64,000 bases of DNA from a virus (lineage: Duplodnaviria; Caudoviricetes): the IMG/VR virus record IMGVR_UViG_3300020048_000002, one strand, 5' to 3'. Of this stretch, positions 21,188 to 31,184 are shown in pieces; the first letter of the stretch is position 1, and the number at the start of each line of letters is the position of its first letter. A program made the position numbers and the translations under genes. The notes below the pieces were generated by a model, which saw only the letters and a program-made list of their open reading frames with translations, did not search any database and was not told the origin of the DNA.

Positions 21188-21808
21188 ATGCAAACCTTCC
21201 CCGACGACGTAAACAGACTGCTCCGCACAGCGTCGGCCAAGAGCCGTACGGCCCATAGGACCTTTGAGTGCCGAGCCTTCAAGTCTGCTGAGTGGAACGA
21301 GTGGACCGAGGAATGGGCGACCCGTATCTACGGGTTCCTCGCAGAGGCGCTCGGACCGATGGGGAAAGAGCCCCTACCCACCATCCTGCCCATGTCGCAA
21401 GGGCATCACATGGCGTGGGCCACGGCGAGCTTTGAGCCCGACTCGGGTCAGATTCGACTCTCGGACTGCATCGAGGGGATGCCCGGTCAAACCCTCGAAA
21501 AGCTGACTCACGAGATGACTCACGCGAGTCTGGCTCAGTTTCCAGAGGGAGACAGTTTCTACGAGGAGGGCTTTGTGGACTATTCCGTCTGGGTCATGTC
21601 GCACGCACCCGTTTGGGGCGAGCACCGAGAAGCCATGATTCAAGCGGCAGCCTACAACATCGCCCAACGTCGAGAGCGTGCCCTGAAGCAGTTGTCCGAC
21701 TGGGATGTGAAAAGGTGGGCCGGGGGCCTGTATGCTAACATGGCCCATGGACCGTTCATCATCGCCCGTCTACGGATGCGCAAGGCCGAAGGCAACCCAG
21801 TGTGGTGA
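21188..21808 (+). CDS. zincin-like metallopeptidase
   Basis: LTHEMTHASL followed by EEGFVDY. Confidence 0.7.
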   Translation: MQTFPDDVNRLLRTASAKSRTAHRTFECRAFKSAEWNEWTEEWATRIYGFLAEALGPMGKEPLPTILPMSQGHHMAWATASFEPDSGQIRLSDCIEGMPGQTLEKLTHEMTHASLAQFPEGDSFYEEGFVDYSVWVMSHAPVWGEHREAMIQAAAYNIAQRRERALKQLSDWDVKRWAGGLYANMAHGPFIIARLRMRKAEGNPVW

Positions 21809-22062
21809 CTGAGGTCTGGTTCGTCTACGTTCTCTACAGCATCAAAACAGCCAAGCTCTACACGGGGATCTCGAAAGACCCCCAGCAACGGCTTGAGCGA
21901 CACAACGCTGGAAAGGGAGCCAAGTACACGCGCCAAGGGAGACCTTGGCGCATCGTCTACTTGGAACCGAAGGAGTCCCGAGGGGATGCCCTTCGACGGG
22001 AGTATGAAATCAAGGGCCTCACACGGGCCGAGAAACTACTCCTGGCCGGGCTCGCAGCTTAG
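21802..22062 (+). CDS. GIY-YIG nuclease (YhbQ-like)
   Basis: FVYVL...LYTGIS...RLERHNAGKGAKYTR...REYEIK. Confidence 0.88.
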   Translation: MVTEVWFVYVLYSIKTAKLYTGISKDPQQRLERHNAGKGAKYTRQGRPWRIVYLEPKESRGDALRREYEIKGLTRAEKLLLAGLAA

Positions 22063-22919
22063 AAGGCCGAGCTGTCTACGCTGGCATTTCGACTCGATGC
22101 TTGAAGATGCTTGTTCAGCACCTTCTTGATCTTGTCCTTGTAGCCGTTGGCCTTGCTCCACATGCCCATCGACACCGGGACACCTCCGGCACCCAAAAGC
22201 TCAGGGAGGTGGAGCCGCTTGGCCAGCAGCGACTCACGCCCCTTCTTCGGATCTCCGATGATCTCGATGTCCTCGTAGCCCTCCAAAACCATGTCGAGGT
22301 AACCAGGAGCCCACGGGGCGATCTTTGCGAGATCACGCTTGACCGCTCGCATGTCTAGGCGGAAGAACATTTCCTTGAACGTGTCCGCTGCATTGGGGTC
22401 GTCCAAGTCGATCATCCCAGAAGGGGATTCATCCTCGTCCGTGTCGTGGAGCGACACCTCACGACGACGACTCTGAGACTTGACTGCATCCTTGACGGCG
22501 TTGCCTACACTCGTGAGCACGAAGCCCTGAGCCGAGGTCAAAGAGGAACCCTCTTGGATCAGCTCGGGGTGGAGGAAGATCTTCGTCATGACCGTCATCA
22601 TGGCGTCTTCGACCAAGTCGGGATCGCGTACCTTGCGAAGGAACGTCAGCTCCACCTTGCGTCCAAAGTCCTCGAAGTACCCTCGTGGCAGCGTGTCCGC
22701 AGGCTTCCGTGCCTTCGGGTCCCATCGGGGACCGGGATCCGGCATCCCCTGAACGTCCCGTAGCAGGAACACGGACCCGATCGTCTGAGCAAATGGCCCA
22801 GCAATCGTGGAGAGAGCCGTGAGAACACGGGCAAAGCGAACCCCCCAAGGGAGCGAGCGGAAAATGCTCGCTCGGAGTTCCATCGCCGCAAAACGAAGGG
22901 AGGCAACGCGATCCATCAC
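22059..22919 (-). CDS. sigma-70-like factor with N-terminal RVASLRF tag
   Basis: Region-2-like DPDLVEDAMMTVMTKIF...GFVLTSVGNAVKDAVKSQSRRREVSL, followed by a degenerate region 4. Confidence 0.55.
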   Translation of the reverse strand: MMDRVASLRFAAMELRASIFRSLPWGVRFARVLTALSTIAGPFAQTIGSVFLLRDVQGMPDPGPRWDPKARKPADTLPRGYFEDFGRKVELTFLRKVRDPDLVEDAMMTVMTKIFLHPELIQEGSSLTSAQGFVLTSVGNAVKDAVKSQSRRREVSLHDTDEDESPSGMIDLDDPNAADTFKEMFFRLDMRAVKRDLAKIAPWAPGYLDMVLEGYEDIEIIGDPKKGRESLLAKRLHLPELLGAGGVPVSMGMWSKANGYKDKIKKVLNKHLQASSRNASVDSSAF

Positions 22920-22941
22920 CTCCCCCGACTTATCAAAGGAT

Positions 22942-23739
22942 TCAACCCTGTCTGAGACGTTGAATCCTGTAAGTCACAGACCGAGACAGCTTCAGCCTAC
23001 GTGCTGCCTCCAGAGCCGTGCAACCCTCGGAGAGTAGGGAGCAGAAGTCGGGTTCAGCCGGACCTAGCTGGAGTTGTTCGATCGCAGATTGGACCTCAAC
23101 ACGAGCAACCACCCGACGCGCTGCTTCGTTTACGTCGGAGACGACATCGAACAAATCCATCTCGGCCTCGTGATCGGATTTTGGCCGGATGTGAAAGTCG
23201 ATGGGTCGATCCTTGTGTCTTCGGTGAAACGTCCGACACCAGTTGGCCCATGCGTTGTGAACCGCCTGTTGAAGGTACGTTCGGAAGTGAGCCCCCGTCG
23301 AATGAGGGATCAGGCGCTCAGAATCCGCGATCTTCTCGTGGTGCTCGTAGACGGAAAACTCGTACTTTTCGACATCATCTGTCGCCCAAAGTGCATCTAG
23401 GGAGTCCACGTCCCCAGCGATCGGTGTAGGCATCCAGGAGATTGTCCGATCCCCGCTGTGGTACAACGCTTGAGCATCACACCACGAGTCCACCGAGATC
23501 CCAAGATGCTGACATACCTCCTCGGTCGTCAAAGCATCCGGACGAGCTTCCGCCGCCCGTCGGTGGAACTTCTCGACGATACGAGCCTCCACCAGACGGA
23601 GCAAGACCGACTGATGGATGTCCTCGAAATTTTCGTTCCGGCGGTTGTACCGCAGAACGAGACTCGCGATGTACCCTCCGTACATCGCGATGAGTTCATC
23701 GTTGTTCTGGGGGATCTTTCCCCCCGTTTGTTCCTCCAC
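22942..23739 (-). CDS. ECF-like sigma factor with an insertion in region 2
   Basis: FEDIHQSVLLRL...FRTYLQQAVHNAWANWCR and a C-terminal HTH (ALEAARRLKLSRSVTYR). Confidence 0.65.
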   Translation of the reverse strand: MEEQTGGKIPQNNDELIAMYGGYIASLVLRYNRRNENFEDIHQSVLLRLVEARIVEKFHRRAAEARPDALTTEEVCQHLGISVDSWCDAQALYHSGDRTISWMPTPIAGDVDSLDALWATDDVEKYEFSVYEHHEKIADSERLIPHSTGAHFRTYLQQAVHNAWANWCRTFHRRHKDRPIDFHIRPKSDHEAEMDLFDVVSDVNEAARRVVARVEVQSAIEQLQLGPAEPDFCSLLSEGCTALEAARRLKLSRSVTYRIQRLRQG

Positions 23740-23753
23740 GCTTACCTCCCCCC

Positions 23754-23783
23754 TAGTACGACTGAGACAGGCTCAAAATCAAC
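23754..23783 (-). promoter_or_regulatory. conserved promoter, copy 3
   Basis: GTTGATTTTGAGCCTGTCTCAGTCGTACTA upstream of the sigma-like gene. Confidence 0.7.
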
Positions 23784-24005
23784 CAAGCCTGTTCTTTTGT
23801 CCGTGGTTGCCGCCACAAACTAGGGAACACACGTCTACCAAAAGGCCCTAAACAAAGCAACAAAATGCCGGAACATACCCAAGACTTTACTTGAAGGATG
23901 CTTCGGACCGGTGTAAGACCTCATTGTGAAAACGGTTGCCGCCGTTCTCGCGTTCCTCCCCGCGATGCCTCCGTGCCCTCACGGAGGCATCGCCCTTTCA
24001 GCCCC

Positions 24006-24563
24006 ATGGACACCACAAGCCCCCACAAACTGCAACAGGTGTTGATCGAGTGCGAAGCGATGCACGCGATCAACACGTTCATGCGACTCGGCCCCACCAA
24101 CAAGAATGTGTGGCAGGCGGTGAAACGAGCCTACGATGTGCGCGGCCCGAGTGAAACCGTGTTGGACTACGTGACGACAGAGGCGTTAGCACACCTTGTA
24201 CGTCAAACGTCCAAAGAGCCTCCCGTAACATCCCCCGCACCGGTATCATCTTACATCGGGGAGACTTTGGGTCTCGCTTGGGTCGCTTGGAAACAGGGTC
24301 ATGATCGACTTGCCAGGGAGCTGATTGAGAAAACCCACGAACCAGTCCACAAGCGGATCATCGTATCGGGCCGGACCAGAGGGATGGACATGTTCGCCTT
24401 CTCTTTCTGGCACCGGGGGATCGAACATTTGCTCGACGGAAAGCTAGACGAAGGCAAACGCATGTGGCAACGCGCCATCGAGGTCGCCACTGTTTTTGGC
24501 TCAGAAGCTAGCCCGACTCTTCAGTGGACCCACGCTGCCTCTTTCTACACTTTACCTCAGTAG
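24006..24563 (+). CDS. hypothetical helical (TPR-like) protein
   Basis: Likely start MDTTSPHK; helical repeats. Confidence 0.55.
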   Translation: MDTTSPHKLQQVLIECEAMHAINTFMRLGPTNKNVWQAVKRAYDVRGPSETVLDYVTTEALAHLVRQTSKEPPVTSPAPVSSYIGETLGLAWVAWKQGHDRLARELIEKTHEPVHKRIIVSGRTRGMDMFAFSFWHRGIEHLLDGKLDEGKRMWQRAIEVATVFGSEASPTLQWTHAASFYTLPQ

Positions 24564-24574
24564 AAGCGAGATTT

Positions 24575-26155
24575 TCACGAGTCGAAGTAGTTTTCGCTCA
24601 GAAGCCTCGCCCGAAGGTAATCCGGGTCTGCGTAAGGCTCGTCTTCACGGATGATGAAAAGCCGGAACCGTCCATCCTCTCTTACCTGCCGTGCCTTCTC
24701 ACGATCCCGTTCGACAAGCTCCTCGTAAGTGCTTCCCTCTTCGAAGAACCATACGGATGCTGGGTCGTAGTGCTGCGAGCCCTGAAACTCACATAAGAGT
24801 CGGTACTCGGGGAAGAAACCGTCAAAACGAAAACGGCCCCCTGTTCGAGGATTGATGAACGTCCCATCGTTCCACTCGGTTTCGTAGCTCGATGTCTCCA
24901 ACACTTCGGCCAGTGTCTCCAAGAAGATAGCTTGAGAGACCGCTGTGTGTGAGATGGGTAACCCATGCTTTGCACACTCACGGCGAATCGTTACAAAGGC
25001 ATGACCGAGACCCACTATTGCACGCCCCACCGAAATCTTCCCGTTCTTGAGTGCGAAGGGGAGGAGCTGTTCGGGGGACAGGCTGACCTCGTTGCCGCTT
25101 GTCCAGTATCGTTTCTCTCGAACGGCTGCGACAGATTGGCTCATGGTTCGAATACGGCTATCCGAGCCTTTCGTGAGGCCCTTCGACCATGTAAGACGAC
25201 CTGCCATCTTGGCGGCATGACTCGCTACCCGTTCATCCGTGCCCTTTGTGAGACCCGCATTCCACCGACCCGCGTTCGCAGCCATCTTGGCTCGGGTTTC
25301 GGGGGAGATAGTGCGGCCCTTCAGGGGTGAAACTCGAACAATAGAGGTAGCCTTTGGGCGTTCGGCTTCTACACAGTCAGGGCAACGGGTTTCGTGGGTC
25401 GTGGGCGCAAAGGTTAGCCCCACCGTTCGGAGTGCCCCACAGGAGGAACACGGAACCGTGCGAGTCTGCCCTTTACGGGGAGACTCCCGATGAGCTTGCC
25501 GAGCCTGCTCGGCTCGTGCCTCCCGTAGTGCGTCGGCTTGTACTTCGGCCCCATTGAACCGAGCCCGATAGGCTTCCACGGAGAGATCGTGTTCGGCCCG
25601 AAGGTGCCCGTCGATCCGCACTCCACGGTGCCCACAAAGTCGGCACCGTAGGTAGTCCTGGCCTTCTTGTTTACCCGCCCATTCGGCCTCGGCTTGAGCT
25701 TCGAGGTAAGCTCGATGAGCCTCGGGGTCACCGTGTTGGGGACGAGCCATGTGCCCCGACAAGCCCTTCTCGCCCACGCATCCTAGCCCACACACCGGAC
25801 AAGTGCGATCGGCCCCACGCTCCTTCCCTTCACAACCAAGGCAAAGGATGCGGTTGGAACGTGCCCGTTGAAGCACGTTCAAGGTCACGGGAGCCGAACA
25901 CGAGGAGCAAAGCTCCGTCACTTCGGCGATTGTACGAGGCTTACCCGCCGTCGCACGTCCTGTCTCAGCGGCAGCCTTTGCTTGGATGGTCTTTCCTCTG
26001 GCGTCGAATGCTTCCTGCCCGAACTCTCCCACCCACCACTTGCGAAGGGTGTTGGGGCTGACACCTAACCGCTGGGCCAACGCCTTGAAAGGCTCCTCCG
26101 TATGGAAGAGTGGAAAGGTGTCGGCAGGTAGAGGGGCGTTTGGGTTTTTGGGCAT
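24575..26155 (-). CDS. putative homing endonuclease (HTH, zinc fingers, NUMOD-like repeats, C-terminal PD-(D/E)xK)
   Basis: Many CxxC, WNAGLTK/WSKGLTK repeats, and FRFDGFF...CEFQGSQHY. Confidence 0.72.
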   Translation of the reverse strand: MPKNPNAPLPADTFPLFHTEEPFKALAQRLGVSPNTLRKWWVGEFGQEAFDARGKTIQAKAAAETGRATAGKPRTIAEVTELCSSCSAPVTLNVLQRARSNRILCLGCEGKERGADRTCPVCGLGCVGEKGLSGHMARPQHGDPEAHRAYLEAQAEAEWAGKQEGQDYLRCRLCGHRGVRIDGHLRAEHDLSVEAYRARFNGAEVQADALREARAEQARQAHRESPRKGQTRTVPCSSCGALRTVGLTFAPTTHETRCPDCVEAERPKATSIVRVSPLKGRTISPETRAKMAANAGRWNAGLTKGTDERVASHAAKMAGRLTWSKGLTKGSDSRIRTMSQSVAAVREKRYWTSGNEVSLSPEQLLPFALKNGKISVGRAIVGLGHAFVTIRRECAKHGLPISHTAVSQAIFLETLAEVLETSSYETEWNDGTFINPRTGGRFRFDGFFPEYRLLCEFQGSQHYDPASVWFFEEGSTYEELVERDREKARQVREDGRFRLFIIREDEPYADPDYLRARLLSENYFDS

Positions 26156-26181
26156 GACAAAGCCTCCGAAAGTCGCCGCTT

Positions 26182-26210
26182 AGGATACGACGCTCTCGGA
26201 GGCTTGTCAA
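26182..26210 (-). promoter_or_regulatory. sigma70-type promoter embedded in an RBS-sequestering inverted repeat
   Basis: TTGACA-17-TATCCT; arms GACAAGCCTCCGA and TCGGAGGCTTTGTC. Confidence 0.7.
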
Positions 26211-26307
26211 GTCGTGCTAACTGTTCTGACTTTCTAACTCAGCTTCTTGGCCACACCTACATCAAAACCCTGCTTTTTGCGGAGGTCTTAGATGTAGGTG
26301 CGTGTAA

Positions 26308-29300
26308 TCAAAGCTGCGCTCGAACGTTGAAGGTCAAAACGATATACAAAAGCGGGAAAACAGGCTGGTAGTAAGCCTCGAACCGCAGCACGGTGGGGTC
26401 GTTGGGGTCGACTGCCGAGCTGATGCCCGTGAAGGCTGCCACGATCTCAGCCGAGACGAGCTGCTTGAAAAGGCTCGTCATGGTGAGGTTGACCTCCTGG
26501 ACGCGACCAGCAAGGAACTTCGTTCCGACGAACCGATCGAGAGTGAACCGGCTCTGCTGCTGAACGTGGTCGGAGATCTGCGTGACCGTGGGGAGGCGCG
26601 TGAGGATCGAGTCCATCTTGGTCGTGAGACCCTGACGAACACGAACGATCGGATCGAGGTCCTCTAGGAGAGTCACGCCCTTCACGGCTGTCTGGTTCGC
26701 TTCCACCGGATCCAGGATGCGGGGGATTCGGGTGAAGCCTTGGATCTGACGGCGCGTGTACGGCGTTGCCACGTCCACCGAGGGGCTCACCACCGCACCG
26801 GCCATGGCCGCTGCGAAGAACGAACCGTCGACAACCGACTCGAAGCTCTGTCCGAGTTGGTCCGTCAGGGTGACGATGGCGACGTCGGGGTAGAAGGCCA
26901 CGATACGGTTCGAGTTGAGGCTCGATGCGATCGTAGCTGCTGCCGAGGGCGTCGTGTTCGGTGCGAACCCGATGAAGCCCATCCGTTCCGCTTGGTTCTG
27001 GATGAGGCTCTGCGTCTCGCAGTGTTGGACGAGTTGGGCGTACACCGCCGTGGACGTGGCAAGCGGGATGATGAGATCCGGCTTGATGTTGCCCGGGAGC
27101 GGCGTCGTCAGCTCGTTGAGGGCTGCGATGAAGTTGGAGTCCGGTGCCTGGTTGCTGTTGGCTGCCTTGAGGACCTGCTTGATACCCACGAACAGGGCAC
27201 CGTTCAGGATCGCCAAGTAGGCCGCTAGCGTGACTCGGTTCTCCGCCGAGGTTCGACCGAAGTTCGCCTCGATGGTCTTCAGTTGCCGGAAGATCCGGGT
27301 CGTGTAGTCCTGCTTGAGGTACTTGTAGCTGATGTAGTACGGGTCCCCGTTGGCAGGCTCGATACCCGTTGGAGCAAACGTCTGAAGGTTTGCCGTGTCC
27401 TCGGGGGCGACGCCAACGGTGTTGCTCACCGTCAGCTCCATGCCGGGAACCGAGTAGAACGGGATGGCCGGGTTCACGAGGAAGGTCGGGCTCACGTTCA
27501 TCGTGAAGCTACCACCAATCGTGTAGCTCCCCGTGCTCGACGGGAGGATGGTGAAGCGTAGACCCGTCCCCGTATCCGTGTACGTCTGCCCCGGAATGCC
27601 CGTACCGGACGAACCAGCCGGGTTGTTCGAGCTGACCGTGAAGATGTCCTCTGCGTCCTCGCCAACGTCTCCATCCGTCCCGACGGTGATGTTGACCCCG
27701 GTCGTGAGGTTGAAGGCCGAGTTCGCACTGGCCACGAACCCGATGCTCGAAGTCGTTAGACCCGTGGCAAGCGAGATGATGCCCAGGTACGTGCGACCCT
27801 GGATGCTCGTCGGGAACGCTACACCCGCCGTCAGGAAACCTGCCGTCGAGTTGAGCGTGTTGGCCACCTCTTGAGCCGAGACTCGAATCTGGCTTGCGGC
27901 CTGATTCTGCACGAACCCAAGCGTTGCGTTGGCATTGCCGTCGAGGATCACGAGAGCCGAAGTATCGACATTCGTGGGGCTCATCAGACGGAGCTTGTCG
28001 AGGTTGCTCAGGGTACCCGCAGAGGCAAGGCCCGCCAGGACGAGGTTGATGGCCGCTGCTACTGCTGCCGTGGCAACCGCCGCACCTGCCGGGAGCGTGG
28101 CCGTATAGTCCACACCATCGACTCGAACCTTGAAGGTGTCGTTGACACCCGTCGTGATGGCGAACGGGCCTGCAATCTCCCCGAGGAGTGTGGCGGGCTT
28201 GTTCACCGAGTTGGGCGACCCGAGAGCCGACGAGAAGGTCGTGAAGCCGAGTGTCGATTCCGCCGTCCCTTGGGCGACGTAGACCTTCGACACAGCATCG
28301 AACCCGCCCGGAAGTGCGCCCGGGGTCGAGTACGACTTGACGATGAAGTGGATGTCTCCCGTGCCGGGACCACCAACCTGAACGCGAGAGCACAGGCTGT
28401 TCGGTGCCGTACCGCTGAAGGCCGGGTCGGCATCGATGGCTGCGTTGATTTCGCCGACGATGAACGCGGGCGTCTGGTTACCCGTCGTGAGCGTCACAGC
28501 GATCGATACACCATCGATCTCCAGGTTGAGGTCCTCGGAGCCGCTGAGGATCGACACCTTGCCGAGGTCGGGACCCGACTGAATCGGCGTGACCGCACCA
28601 CCGACGAGGAAGCCCTTCGTCGCTGCCGCGAGGTTCGAGGTGTAGTTCACCCCGTTCAGCTTGGTGACCCACGTTGCCGAGAACGGCGTGTAGAACGAGT
28701 AGGGCTCAGCACCCTTGATCACGTACTCCGCGTTCGTCGGATCTGACTGGTCGAACGTGATCGTGACCGTCTCGCTGACCGCCGTCCCAGCTCCCGTGTG
28801 GAAAGCGTCCGGCACCTGCTCGGCCCCACGCGGCCACTGCACCGTCTCGGGCAGGCCGACCTTCGTACCAAACCGGGTCTGGTAGAGGTTCGAGTTGGAG
28901 AGAGCCGACGTTACCTGATACTGACCGACGCCAACCGCTCCGGCGACCTTGTTCGTGAACGTGAACGTGTCGTCCTGGAGACGGCTGTAGTAGAACGTGG
29001 CGTACGCCTGGTAATCCGGCGGCACCGGGTCCTTGAGGCTGATACGACGGGTTGCACCATCGACCGTGGTGACCATGGCAGCCCCACGCTGTAGAGCGTC
29101 GTAGAACGAACGACCAACGTACACCTCGACAAGATCGGGGCGGTTCGTGGTGAGGTCCTGACGGCCATTGGTGACGAGGTTGTAGTCCGTGATACCGAGC
29201 GGCGTGTTGCGCCCGTTCCCCATCGTGGGGATCTCAGGGAGGAGGAAGTCCGTCGTCGAAACGGTCGCAGGGATCGTCGTCGAATCGACGACACGCTCAC

Positions 29301-30579
29301 ACTCACCGAGGTACATCTTGTCGTCGTTGAGTACGCCGACAATCTGAGCGTCGTCGAAGGGCGTTGCACCCGCACTCGTCGAACCGGCAGCCACCGTGTA
29401 GCTCGACCCCCAGTGGATGATGCTGGTGTCCGCCGTCGGGTTGCTGACTACGAAGTCCGTGTTCGCGATGTAGTCCGAACGATCCGGAGCGATACCACAC
29501 TGAACGACCTGCGTGATCAACGTGTTCGGCAGGTAGTCGAACGTGTCTTGCCAGGTGTTGGCGAAGTAGTTGACCGTGACGAGCGACCCGGGGGCCGGGG
29601 GGAGGGGAAGGGTGATCGTGCCGTTCTGGCCGTCGACCGAGCTGGCCAACACCTGCACGCTGTTCACCTTCACGACCACCTTCGAGGGGTCCGTCGTGGT
29701 GAGGCCAGAGCCCGAACCGTCCGTGATGGGGCGGTTGAACACCTTGAAGACCTTGTTACGTCCCGTCGACTGGAAGTTCGACCAGCCGAGCGGTCCGTTG
29801 GCCGAACCGTCGAGGACCTGGAACTCCTGCGAAGCGAGGAACTGGAGGTGCTCCTTACCTTCGTTGTCGATGAAGACCGCCGTCGAGAAGTTCGAGATCC
29901 CGAGGATGTCGATCTGGGCCTTGAGGGTTGCGGCAGAAACCGAACCGGCCGAGAACACCACCGTGTAGCTCGTTCCGTTGACGCTGAACTTGAACGTGTC
30001 GTTCAGGCCCAACGTAATGGCAAACGGACCCGTAGCAGGGCTCGTGAGAATCGCCTGGTCCTCCGTGACCTGATCCGACAGCTCGTCGAGGAACGCCGTG
30101 TCCCCACGGTGGAAGTAGTACGAGCACCGCACGACGTCGGTCGGCTGCGTCGGGATCTGGAGAGTCACGAGACCACGCTGGCCGTTGACCACCGCGACAG
30201 TCGTCGGGATGCCATTCACCGTGACCGTGACCGTACGGGCATCGTTCGTTACCCGACCAAGGCCCTGACCGTCGACGATGGGGTAGTTACGAACTCGGAA
30301 CTGCGTCCGAGTACCATCCTGCGCCCCAAGGACAAGGCTGTTGGGGTTGGTCGAATCAACGACCCAAGCCAGCGTAACGTCCTCGTTGTTGATGCGCTGA
30401 TCAGCCGTTGCCGACGATCCGCGAACGAGAGCCACGTTGTCCTGGTTCAGCTCTTCCTGCCCCGTGCCGATGATGACGGGAAGGCGGAGTCCAGCGACAA
30501 GCTGTGCGACGTTGGACTCCGTAAGGGTCCGCGTGTAAATGCCGGGCGGGACGTAGGTAACAAAAGGTCCGAGAGCCAT
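26308..30579 (-). CDS. contractile tail sheath protein (1423 aa)
   Basis: N-terminal YVPPGIYTRT; C-terminal sheath domain (ERMGFIG, RVRQGLTT, YQPVFPLLYIVLTFNV). Confidence 0.88.
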   Translation of the reverse strand: MALGPFVTYVPPGIYTRTLTESNVAQLVAGLRLPVIIGTGQEELNQDNVALVRGSSATADQRINNEDVTLAWVVDSTNPNSLVLGAQDGTRTQFRVRNYPIVDGQGLGRVTNDARTVTVTVNGIPTTVAVVNGQRGLVTLQIPTQPTDVVRCSYYFHRGDTAFLDELSDQVTEDQAILTSPATGPFAITLGLNDTFKFSVNGTSYTVVFSAGSVSAATLKAQIDILGISNFSTAVFIDNEGKEHLQFLASQEFQVLDGSANGPLGWSNFQSTGRNKVFKVFNRPITDGSGSGLTTTDPSKVVVKVNSVQVLASSVDGQNGTITLPLPPAPGSLVTVNYFANTWQDTFDYLPNTLITQVVQCGIAPDRSDYIANTDFVVSNPTADTSIIHWGSSYTVAAGSTSAGATPFDDAQIVGVLNDDKMYLGECERVVDSTTIPATVSTTDFLLPEIPTMGNGRNTPLGITDYNLVTNGRQDLTTNRPDLVEVYVGRSFYDALQRGAAMVTTVDGATRRISLKDPVPPDYQAYATFYYSRLQDDTFTFTNKVAGAVGVGQYQVTSALSNSNLYQTRFGTKVGLPETVQWPRGAEQVPDAFHTGAGTAVSETVTITFDQSDPTNAEYVIKGAEPYSFYTPFSATWVTKLNGVNYTSNLAAATKGFLVGGAVTPIQSGPDLGKVSILSGSEDLNLEIDGVSIAVTLTTGNQTPAFIVGEINAAIDADPAFSGTAPNSLCSRVQVGGPGTGDIHFIVKSYSTPGALPGGFDAVSKVYVAQGTAESTLGFTTFSSALGSPNSVNKPATLLGEIAGPFAITTGVNDTFKVRVDGVDYTATLPAGAAVATAAVAAAINLVLAGLASAGTLSNLDKLRLMSPTNVDTSALVILDGNANATLGFVQNQAASQIRVSAQEVANTLNSTAGFLTAGVAFPTSIQGRTYLGIISLATGLTTSSIGFVASANSAFNLTTGVNITVGTDGDVGEDAEDIFTVSSNNPAGSSGTGIPGQTYTDTGTGLRFTILPSSTGSYTIGGSFTMNVSPTFLVNPAIPFYSVPGMELTVSNTVGVAPEDTANLQTFAPTGIEPANGDPYYISYKYLKQDYTTRIFRQLKTIEANFGRTSAENRVTLAAYLAILNGALFVGIKQVLKAANSNQAPDSNFIAALNELTTPLPGNIKPDLIIPLATSTAVYAQLVQHCETQSLIQNQAERMGFIGFAPNTTPSAAATIASSLNSNRIVAFYPDVAIVTLTDQLGQSFESVVDGSFFAAAMAGAVVSPSVDVATPYTRRQIQGFTRIPRILDPVEANQTAVKGVTLLEDLDPIVRVRQGLTTKMDSILTRLPTVTQISDHVQQQSRFTLDRFVGTKFLAGRVQEVNLTMTSLFKQLVSAEIVAAFTGISSAVDPNDPTVLRFEAYYQPVFPLLYIVLTFNVRAQL

Positions 30580-30725
30580 TAGAAATCTCCTCAGCGGGGT
30601 TAGTGGGAATCTTCATCCCATCTGGGTCGTGCATCGAGACGCTACGTTTTGTGGTCTGATCCGCATCTACATCTCGTGAGCCCCGCATGAGGCTGAACTC
30701 TACAGTGGACGCCGCCAACGGAAGA

Positions 30726-31175
30726 TTATCGACCGCGACGATTTTCCTGAGCCGTTTTACTTATCTCGACGGCACGCTTCGCGATTTGCTTGCGTTTATC
30801 GAAATCCTGCTTCGACAACGGCTCGTAGGTAACGAAGTCCTTGCCCTGCTTTCGCGTCAGGGCATGGCTTCCCGTCGCTTCTCGGATGGCTTTCTTTCCC
30901 TTTTCCTTCGCGTCGTACTGAGCCCAGCGTAGATCCGCGTCCTTGCCTACGATTCGGTCAGCCGTAGGGTAGTCGTCCTTGTGGACTCCGGTGTTCCCTG
31001 GGGCAGCCTCTTTTGGTTGCGCAAAGGCGAACGCAAATCCCTCTTGGTCCAGCACTCGGGGTGCCGTGGACTCACAGTTGGGGCACTTGTGCGTCGGATG
31101 GTCTCCGATTTTGAGGGTGCGCTCGAACCGGAGAGAGCACCCCTCCTCCTGGCACTCAAACACGTACTTCGGCAT
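30726..31175 (-). CDS. FmdB-family zinc-ribbon protein
   Basis: MPKYVFECQEEGC...FE...CPNCES. Confidence 0.8.
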   Translation of the reverse strand: MPKYVFECQEEGCSLRFERTLKIGDHPTHKCPNCESTAPRVLDQEGFAFAFAQPKEAAPGNTGVHKDDYPTADRIVGKDADLRWAQYDAKEKGKKAIREATGSHALTRKQGKDFVTYEPLSKQDFDKRKQIAKRAVEISKTAQENRRGR

Positions 31176-31184
31176 ATTTTGATC

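Noticed and set aside
23910-23928. Seventh GGTGTA leaderless start
   Set aside because: The GTG 10 nt downstream opens only a 39-codon frame that differs from the main ORF, so it was not counted.
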